Assembly: GCA_041736305.1 (NCBI GenBank)
Contig: JBGSTX010000095.1
Location: 1 to 41,559 of the forward strand
Direction: 5' to 3'
DNA: 41,559 nucleotides
DNA from: Oligoflexus sp.
GTDB lineage: Bacteria; Bdellovibrionota_B; Oligoflexia; Oligoflexales; Oligoflexaceae
In this document: positions 9,360 to 16,019 of the stretch, piece by piece
Layout: each line of letters opens with the position of its first letter
How positions within the stretch are numbered: the first letter of the stretch is position 1
Notes under the pieces: generated by a model
The model's database searches: none
Told to the model about the DNA's origin: nothing
What the model saw: only the letters and a program-made list of their open reading frames with translations
Translations under genes and position numbers: made by a program

Positions 9360-10358
9360 GTGTGGAATTACCTGAAGCTGTTGTCCTCCTGTATTCCTGC
9401 AGTCTTAGTTCTTAATCTTCAAGCTTGCTCGAAATCAGATTCAAGTACCTCATCTGAAGATTTCTTTTCTCCTCCAGTAGAAACTAAAGTCATTGCCATG
9501 TTTGGTGGATTTGGCAGCTGCCTCGATGGAATGGGCCGCTGGTTAGGACCAAAAGATCAAGTGCTAGCCAACGTTTTTAGGCCTGCTAAGGAGATGGGCG
9601 ATGCCGTCAATGCAGAACAAAACCGGAAAACCCCCTATCTTATGAGTTGCTATGAGCGGACCAGGTTTCTGCGCTATGTTTTGGCTCCCGACGGGGACGA
9701 CGGAGAAGTGTCGGTCAAAACCGGAACGGTAGAAGACATGGCTAACGATTTCAACGAGACCCTTGGCGCCTTAGAAAATCCAGCAAACATCGTTCTGGTG
9801 GGGCATTCTTGGGGCGGCTGGACTTCGATGAAGATGGCATCTCTCATCGACCCCTCTCATAAGATTTCCGCGCAGGTTACTCTCGATCCCATCGATCGCG
9901 AACAGTGCGGCCCTATACAGGTTACAGCGTCCTTAACAGGTTGGGGTGGACTGGACTGCCGGCGAGCGCCCTTGCCTATGACAGCTGCAGAACGGACAGG
10001 GACCTGGCTTAACTACTACCAAACTAAATTCTTCGCTCTACACTCAGGGCCCATAGAGAGTGCTTCGACAAATGTGGAAAAGCATTTTAACCTCAGAACC
10101 AACGACCTTGGCCATCACAATATGTTTTTGCGCGACCCAGAAGTCATAGATTCAGTTGTTAATCTGGTCCAAGGCGAAAACACAAATGTAGAGAAGCCCA
10201 TGTCGCCTGATTTGCAAGATGAGCCTGCTGATTCGGATGTCGCTAACAGTACCGATGCGGATGCGGATGCCGACGAAAACACGGGCCTCGCAGGCAGCGC
10301 TAGTAGTTCCGAAGATACGAGTCTGCTACCCTTTATCAGTATTCGGATATTCTGGTAA
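9360..10358 (+). CDS. Lipoprotein alpha/beta-hydrolase (lipase/esterase-like)
   Basis: Lipobox-like LQAC; nucleophile elbow VLVGHSWGG; TLDP; candidate catalytic His in LGHH; acidic low-complexity tail. Confidence 0.75.
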   Translation: MWNYLKLLSSCIPAVLVLNLQACSKSDSSTSSEDFFSPPVETKVIAMFGGFGSCLDGMGRWLGPKDQVLANVFRPAKEMGDAVNAEQNRKTPYLMSCYERTRFLRYVLAPDGDDGEVSVKTGTVEDMANDFNETLGALENPANIVLVGHSWGGWTSMKMASLIDPSHKISAQVTLDPIDREQCGPIQVTASLTGWGGLDCRRAPLPMTAAERTGTWLNYYQTKFFALHSGPIESASTNVEKHFNLRTNDLGHHNMFLRDPEVIDSVVNLVQGENTNVEKPMSPDLQDEPADSDVANSTDADADADENTGLAGSASSSEDTSLLPFISIRIFW

Positions 10359-10378
10359 GCGAAGCTGGACTCTCTTAT

Positions 10379-10407
10379 TTGACAGTTCCATCAGCAGCCT
10401 GTATGGG
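10379..10407 (+). promoter_or_regulatory. Putative sigma-70 promoter of ctaA
   Basis: TTGACA-N17-TATGGG. Confidence 0.4.
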
Positions 10408-10436
10408 TGATTGGACTGCATCAGTAAGAGGGTCTT

Positions 10437-11540
10437 ATGCCGACATCTAAAGGTCAACGCGCTCTGCGAAACTGGTTATTCTTCAGCGCCTTTTTGGTCT
10501 TCTCTATTGTGGCGGTTGGGGGGCTCACGCGCCTCACACGCTCAGGACTTTCCATCGTTGAATGGAAGCCAATTTCTGGAATTTTACCGCCGCTCACTGA
10601 GGAGCATTGGCAGGCAGAATTCGATAAGTATAAGCAATTCCCGGAGTACAAGCAGGTCAATCACCAGATGGACCTGGACGAATTCAAATACATCTATGCC
10701 TGGGAATACCTTCATCGACTTCTTGGCCGCCTCATTGGCGTTGTGTTTGCCATCCCTCTGCTGGTATTTGCGTTGCGTCGCGAGCTTCATGGGTCCCTGA
10801 GCTGGAAACTGCCGCTGGCCTTATTGCTGGGAGGCCTACAAGGCCTACTTGGCTGGTATATGGTTAAAAGTGGTCTGGTCAATATGCCGCGCGTTAGTCA
10901 TTATCGACTTGCTGCTCACCTCTCCCTAGCCCTCTTTATTATGTCTTATCTTTTCTGGATCGCTATCGAGCTAAAGAATCTGTCCTTAAAGCCTTTGGCT
11001 CCCTCCCCTTCCTTTGCAGGCTGGCCGAATCTTCCGCTTTGGACACGGCTTTTTCTTGCTCTCATTTCAATCCAAATATTTTATGGCGCCCTCACCGCAG
11101 GACTTCATGCCGGGCATATGTACAACACATTTCCCCTGATGAACGGACAGCTTATTCCACAGGGCATTGGCTCCATGGGGCTCTTGAGAGATTTTTTTGA
11201 AAGTCCTGTCACAGTCCAATTCGTGCATCGTTGTCTGGGCTGGCTTACCTTTTTTAGCGCTCTGGGGCTCGGGTTTGTAGGCTGGCGCGGCGAAGGTTTG
11301 GGCGAAAAACTCCGTACGAACCTGAAGCTTATCGGGGGCATGGCCAGTCTGCAATTCACCCTCGGAGTCTTAACTCTCTTGTATGCTGTGCCGGTCAGTC
11401 TCGGATCCTTGCATCAGATTGGGGCTTGCGTCTTACTTCTGCTGAGTGTTTATGCAGTCCAACTCACTCGACGGAAAAAAGTTGTGCGAGAGAAAGCGCG
11501 AGGGAATATGTTTCCGGTCGATCAAGCCCAGCGAATTTGA
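10437..11540 (+). CDS. ctaA: Heme A synthase (COX15/CtaA family, type 2)
   Basis: GGLTRLTRSGLSIVEWKP, WEYLHRLLGR, GWYMVKSGL, VSHYRLAAHL, VQFVHR, SLHQ. Confidence 0.95.
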   Translation: MPTSKGQRALRNWLFFSAFLVFSIVAVGGLTRLTRSGLSIVEWKPISGILPPLTEEHWQAEFDKYKQFPEYKQVNHQMDLDEFKYIYAWEYLHRLLGRLIGVVFAIPLLVFALRRELHGSLSWKLPLALLLGGLQGLLGWYMVKSGLVNMPRVSHYRLAAHLSLALFIMSYLFWIAIELKNLSLKPLAPSPSFAGWPNLPLWTRLFLALISIQIFYGALTAGLHAGHMYNTFPLMNGQLIPQGIGSMGLLRDFFESPVTVQFVHRCLGWLTFFSALGLGFVGWRGEGLGEKLRTNLKLIGGMASLQFTLGVLTLLYAVPVSLGSLHQIGACVLLLLSVYAVQLTRRKKVVREKARGNMFPVDQAQRI

Positions 11541-12283
11541 GAAACGGAATCGCCTACACGCGTCACCTCACAGTGAACGCCATAAAGCCGATATAGATTT
11601 TCTTCGGTCAAAACTTCAGACGGCTTACCCCAGCCCGAGTTACGGCCGACTTGCAAGCTGAGTATTCGATCGCAGTAGCGAGCCGCTAAGTTGAGATCAT
11701 GCAATACGGTGACTTTCGTCAGAGGGAGAGCCTGCAGCTTTTTCATTATTTCGAGCTGAAAGTAGATATCCAAATGATTCGTCAATTCATCCAGGAGAAG
11801 GATCTTTGGCTTTTGCAGAAGACTCTGCACGAGCAGGACGCGTTGACGTTCTCCACCCGATAGTTCAGCCAGTGGCGAGGATTGACGGTTCTCTAATTGA
11901 AATTCTTTGCAGAGTGCAGCGCATTCCTCTTGCCATACGCCCTGATCATAGACACCCTCGAGTGGGTGAAAAGCGAGTTCTAGGAAGGAGCTAACGCGAA
12001 AGCCCGGCATCGGCGAGGCTTCTTGCTGGATATAGGCCATGATGCGTGCGCGTTGAAGGGCGGACAGCTGGTCCAGCCTCTGTCCCTCGATCCGAATGGA
12101 GCCTTGCTTCGGCTTGAGAAATCCGACCAGCGCTTGTAGTAGAGTCGACTTGCCACTCCCGTTGGGTCCAACTATACCAAGCCATTCGCCTGGCCGAACG
12201 TCGAAACTCAAGTCTGCTAGCAGCGCCTTCCCTCGCAAAGAAACACCCAGATCTTCGACCTGCAAAGCGAAATCATCATTCAT
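11522..12283 (-). CDS. ABC transporter ATP-binding subunit (FecE/BtuD-like)
   Basis: Walker A GPNGSGKS, LSGGERQR, LLLDELTNHLD, LHDLNLAARYCD. ATG 12283 overlaps the permease stop. Confidence 0.92.
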   Translation of the reverse strand: MNDDFALQVEDLGVSLRGKALLADLSFDVRPGEWLGIVGPNGSGKSTLLQALVGFLKPKQGSIRIEGQRLDQLSALQRARIMAYIQQEASPMPGFRVSSFLELAFHPLEGVYDQGVWQEECAALCKEFQLENRQSSPLAELSGGERQRVLLVQSLLQKPKILLLDELTNHLDIYFQLEIMKKLQALPLTKVTVLHDLNLAARYCDRILSLQVGRNSGWGKPSEVLTEENLYRLYGVHCEVTRVGDSVSQIRWA

Positions 12284-13292
12284 TTGAACTCCGCATAAGC
12301 CAGAGGAAAATAGGTGAGCCGAGCAGAGCTGTGATAATTCCGATGGGAATTTCCTGTGGACTGAAAAAACTCCTCGCAAGAGCGTCAGCCGCTATCATAA
12401 AGCTCGCTCCTCCCAAGAGACAACCCGGAATGAGTAATCTATAGTCATTGCCTAGCAGCAGACGAAGGACATGCGGAACCATAAGACCCACAAAACCTAT
12501 CGAACCGGTGACAGAAACGAGAACCGCGGTTAGAGCCGCGGATACTAAGAAAACATTGCGGCGAAATCTCTGTAAATCAAGACCTAGCGAAAATGCCTTA
12601 AGTTCACTGAGACAAGCTATATTCAACTTGGTTCTGGAGCGGAAGAGAAAAGAAAAGCCAGCGAGGAGGGCAAGAGATGGAACGAGAAGATCGGAGGATT
12701 CTACTGAGCCTAGACTGCCCATGGTCCAAAACATAACGTTCTGCACTTCGCCCTTGCGGGCCGCTGTAAAAATGACGACTTGAGTGAGAGCCTCCAGGCA
12801 AAACGAAATCGCCAGTCCGCTAAAGATGAGTCGGGTCGACGAAAAAATTTGGCTACGGCGCGAGAAAAAATAGATGAGTCCGGACGCCAGAGAGGCCCCA
12901 AAGAAGGCGAAAATTTGGAGAGATAAGCCTCCGAAAAGAGACAGGCCGCTGACGAGAACTAGAACAGCACCTAAGGATGCACCCGATGAAACGCCGAGCA
13001 GCCAGGGATCGGCCATAGGGTTTCTTACCAGAGCTTGAATGGCAGCACCGACTAAGGAAAGACCTGCTCCGCTTAGAGCTGCCATTAGAACCCTAGGAAG
13101 CCTGATCGACCAGAGGATGAGGTCTTTGTTCAGGAGCTCTTCAGAGAGCGGAGGTCCGTAACCTAAACGATGCCTAAGCAAGTCTATTAGTTCAGTAAAT
13201 CTCAGGTCGCTCGAACCGCTAGCTAAGCCCAGAATAAACATTGCGAAGAGAAGAAGGGTCCCTCCGCCCCAGAGAAAGCTAACCGTTCTCAT
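12276..13292 (-). CDS. FecCD/BtuC-family ABC permease
   Basis: IRLPRVLMA, QALVRNPMADPWLLGVSSGA, GSIGFVGLMVPH, EIPIGIITALLGSP. Confidence 0.95.
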   Translation of the reverse strand: MRTVSFLWGGGTLLLFAMFILGLASGSSDLRFTELIDLLRHRLGYGPPLSEELLNKDLILWSIRLPRVLMAALSGAGLSLVGAAIQALVRNPMADPWLLGVSSGASLGAVLVLVSGLSLFGGLSLQIFAFFGASLASGLIYFFSRRSQIFSSTRLIFSGLAISFCLEALTQVVIFTAARKGEVQNVMFWTMGSLGSVESSDLLVPSLALLAGFSFLFRSRTKLNIACLSELKAFSLGLDLQRFRRNVFLVSAALTAVLVSVTGSIGFVGLMVPHVLRLLLGNDYRLLIPGCLLGGASFMIAADALARSFFSPQEIPIGIITALLGSPIFLWLMRSSNE

Positions 13293-14263
13293 CCGTTTAC
13301 GTGCTCTGGAAACGCTCTAGAAAGCGCCTCAAATAGCTTTTCAGTCGACTCTATCGTTCGAACGCCAGGGGTCATTGCAGCATAAGGTAGGACCAGGAAA
13401 CGACCTTTATCAATCGCCGGAATGCCGCTATCCTTGAACTTTTTTGCCAAGAATGCGCGTTTTTGTTCAGCACTCTTTGCACCGTAGTCGACGATGATAA
13501 TAAATTCTGGCTGACGCCTGAAAATATCTTCCCAGCTGACTCCCGTCCAATTTGTCGCGAGATCGTCAAAGATGTTTTTGGACCCTAAAGCTTCGATCAT
13601 AGCCGTCGGAATACCGTATTTTCCGGCCGTGAATGGACTTGCTTCGCCACTATCGTAGACAAATATCCGACGACTCTTCAGAGCCATAGCCTGAACTTTG
13701 GAACGGAGAGCCTCTGTCCGCTTCTCATAATCGGCGATGAGGGCTTCTGCGCGCGCTTCGACCCTAAAAATGCGCCCGATAGTTCTAATATCAGTGTAGA
13801 TGTCGTCAAAGCCAATAGGAGGCCGGCTGCGGACGCGGATACAGGATTCGTTCAAGGAATAAGTGGCAACACCGAACTTGCGTAAACGGGCTGGTGTTAG
13901 ACCTGAGCCTTCAGAAAATCCGTATTGCCAGCCTGCAAATACAAAATCTGGGCGCAAGGCTATCAGACTTTCAAGGTTTGGATAGGGTCCTTTAAGGAGA
14001 CGAACATGCGCAAGGTCTTTACTGAGCTCGGGTAGAAGGCTGCTGTGATCATCGATCCCAGCTATGCCGACGAGGCTGGAGCTAAGTCCGAGAGCGAGCA
14101 TGATCTCAGTGGTGTTGGTATCGATGCTGATCGCTCGCTTGGGGTGCTCGGAAATTTCCTCTTTTTCGCCGCAGCTCTCATAAACGAGCGGCCTGCTGGC
14201 GGCTGCTTCAGCTCGAAGCGAAGAGAAAATTAAGTAAAAGAAGAAGAGTCTGAGTCCTTGCAT
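13289..14263 (-). CDS. Class III periplasmic binding protein (BtuF/FepB-like), copy 2
   Basis: Signal peptide; PKRAISID..TEIMLALGL; RPDFVF; IFVYDSG; VSWE; PEFIIIVDYG. Confidence 0.9.
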   Translation of the reverse strand: MQGLRLFFFYLIFSSLRAEAAASRPLVYESCGEKEEISEHPKRAISIDTNTTEIMLALGLSSSLVGIAGIDDHSSLLPELSKDLAHVRLLKGPYPNLESLIALRPDFVFAGWQYGFSEGSGLTPARLRKFGVATYSLNESCIRVRSRPPIGFDDIYTDIRTIGRIFRVEARAEALIADYEKRTEALRSKVQAMALKSRRIFVYDSGEASPFTAGKYGIPTAMIEALGSKNIFDDLATNWTGVSWEDIFRRQPEFIIIVDYGAKSAEQKRAFLAKKFKDSGIPAIDKGRFLVLPYAAMTPGVRTIESTEKLFEALSRAFPEHVNG

Positions 14264-14303
14264 TACTGCGACTCCTCAAGAGCAAAAAGTTTGGTAAGCC
14301 TCT

Positions 14304-14328
14304 AAAAAAGCTCCCACGGGCGGGAGCT
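14304..14328 (-). terminator. Intra-operonic Rho-independent terminator
   Basis: Stem AGCTCCC/GGGAGCT with a 6-nt loop, followed by a T-run on the minus strand, about 20 nt after the 14347 stop. Confidence 0.75.
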
Positions 14329-14346
14329 AGCACAGGCACTCAACGA

Positions 14347-14781
14347 TTAATTAGCGGTCTGAGCTTCAACAAAAACACTGCTCGGTAAATCGACGCCTTT
14401 GACAAAGATCTCTAGTTTCCAAGCGTTCTGGTCGGCGCTCTTGAAGTCAGCAGGAGGCGTGAAGTCTAGACCACCCAGCATCGTGCATTCGGGAGAGATT
14501 TGTTTCACTTTCAAATCTTTCATCGGGAAGTGACTGGCTTCATCAGAAGACTCAACCCACTTGAATTCAAGGCGTTCAATATCGACCGGTCGGTCTCCAC
14601 AGATGACCAGCTGCTCTGTATCAGTGCGAACAGCCCCGTAGTTTTGCAGCAAAAAGGATACGCGGCCCGAGTGAGCTCCGCAGCTCATAAATCCTTCGGG
14701 ACCAAAAGAGCACTCTGCATGGTGGGCAGAAGCTACTGAAGCGCTGATCAATCCAAGGGCGAATACGGCTGATTTAAACAT
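14347..14781 (-). CDS. Secreted hypothetical protein (144 aa) with N-terminal His-His and four Cys
   Basis: AAGGAG RBS 7 nt before ATG 14781; signal peptide ending ASA; mature N-terminus HHAECSFGPEGFMSCGAH. Confidence 0.75.
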   Translation of the reverse strand: MFKSAVFALGLISASVASAHHAECSFGPEGFMSCGAHSGRVSFLLQNYGAVRTDTEQLVICGDRPVDIERLEFKWVESSDEASHFPMKDLKVKQISPECTMLGGLDFTPPADFKSADQNAWKLEIFVKGVDLPSSVFVEAQTAN

Positions 14782-15758
14782 GTAAAATCTCCTTGATTCA
14801 GGTGAGGTGAGAAACTGCATATGAGATGGTTCGCCAAAAGCTCAGCGAGACCTATACTGCGGATGCCTGAAAGAGCAGCAGAGTATGGAGCGATAAACAA
14901 GTTTTTGCTGCGAATAGCTGGAACTGATTGCAGCTCGGGGCGGGCGAGGAGCGCGCGCCGCTTGCGGTTGCCATCACCAAATCCATAGTCGACGATAATG
15001 ATAAGTTCAGGAGCCGCCTCAGCGACCTCCTGCCAACTTATGGTTCCCCAGTTGCTCGGAAGATTCTTGGCGATATTGCGAGCGCCGGCGGCGCGGATAA
15101 CCTCGCTCATGGCGGCTGGTCCCCCGGCTGTGACGGCTTCATTCGCCCCGCTATCATAGACGAAGACCGATGGAGCTTTGGGACGACCATGAGCGGCCAC
15201 GTCGGCTTGAATCCGCTTAAGACGCGTGCGAAGAGCTTGACTGAGGATAAGGCCGGCCTCTTCCTTGCCTCCTATACGAGCTATCGTTTCGATATCGATC
15301 AGAGTTGAGGCGAAAGGAGGAGAATCTTGGGTGGGTGCAATGTTGCAGGTCTCACGGAGTATATAGGAAGCTATACCTTGCGCGGCCAAAGCCTCAGGAG
15401 TGATCGGACTTTTTTTGAAAAATCCTGCATTCCAGCCTGCGATCATAAAATCTGCGCGGCTTTTTTGAATGACGGAGAGACTTGGGTAGACCGGATAAAG
15501 TTGGGGTAGACTTAAAAAGGCTTCGCGATATTCGGACAGAATCAATTCGGTATCGGATACGGCGGCAGTACCAACCATTTGATCGCTTAGGCCAAGTGCT
15601 AGAGCGATCTCTACGGAATTAATATCGACTGGAAGGATGCGCTGAGGTAGCGAATCTAAAACTATGCTTTGTGTACAGTTATTGTAGTTCAGTGGCTGAC
15701 TCTGCCCACTATTCGAAAAAGTCAGAGAAAAAACTATAAGCATGGTGTACCGCAGCAT
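14748..15758 (-). CDS. Class III periplasmic binding protein (BtuF/FepB-like), copy 1
   Basis: ATG 15758 with GGAGAG RBS; PQRILPVD..VEIALALGL; VFVYDSG; ISWQE; PELIIIVDYG. Paralogous to 13289-14263. Confidence 0.88.
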   Translation of the reverse strand: MLRYTMLIVFSLTFSNSGQSQPLNYNNCTQSIVLDSLPQRILPVDINSVEIALALGLSDQMVGTAAVSDTELILSEYREAFLSLPQLYPVYPSLSVIQKSRADFMIAGWNAGFFKKSPITPEALAAQGIASYILRETCNIAPTQDSPPFASTLIDIETIARIGGKEEAGLILSQALRTRLKRIQADVAAHGRPKAPSVFVYDSGANEAVTAGGPAAMSEVIRAAGARNIAKNLPSNWGTISWQEVAEAAPELIIIVDYGFGDGNRKRRALLARPELQSVPAIRSKNLFIAPYSAALSGIRSIGLAELLANHLICSFSPHLNQGDFTCLNQPYSPLD

Positions 15759-15833
15759 AGACTCTCCGAGTCTGGTCGAGCTCGACGCAGCTGCATGCAC
15801 GCGGAGATCCGACCAGCTAATAACGCGTAGCTG
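15759..15833 (-). promoter_or_regulatory. Riboswitch expression platform (P13 plus RBS-sequestering hairpin)
   Basis: P13 CAGCTA/TAGCTG (15814-15833); alternative helix CTGGTCG/CGACCAG (15810-15816 with 15772-15778); hairpin AGACTC-GGA-GAGTCT (15759-15773) covering the SD directly before the ATG. Confidence 0.7.
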
Positions 15834-15837
15834 TAGG

Positions 15838-15963
15838 GAAGAGATTTGGGTCTGGCTTGGATTTACACGAGAGACTTTAACAGCCCTCGGAAAAACCCTC
15901 ACAGTAGCGCGCCTGCGTCGGAATCACACCGACTTCCAAGAAGAATTAACTTCTACTCTCTTC
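15838..15963 (-). ncRNA. Cobalamin riboswitch aptamer (compact, class II-like)
   Basis: Minus strand: P1 GAAGAGA/TCTCTTC; P2 AGAAG/CTTCT; core GGAAGTCGGTGTGATTCCGACGCAGGCGCGCTACTGTGA; B12-box-like AAGCCAGAC. Lies upstream of a BtuFCD-like operon. Confidence 0.88.
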
Positions 15964-15971
15964 AGAGCTTG

Positions 15972-16000
15972 TTGGTAGACTCTATGCCGATCACTGTCAA
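15972..16000 (-). promoter_or_regulatory. Putative sigma-70 promoter of the riboswitch operon
   Basis: TTGACA-N17-TACCAA, placing +1 just before P1. Confidence 0.5.
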
Positions 16001-16019
16001 GTCCCATCAAACGGCTCAG

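Noticed and set aside
15759-15902. 48-aa N-terminal extension of the binding-protein ORF
   Set aside because: This region is the riboswitch leader. The true start is ATG 15758, with an SD and a signal peptide.
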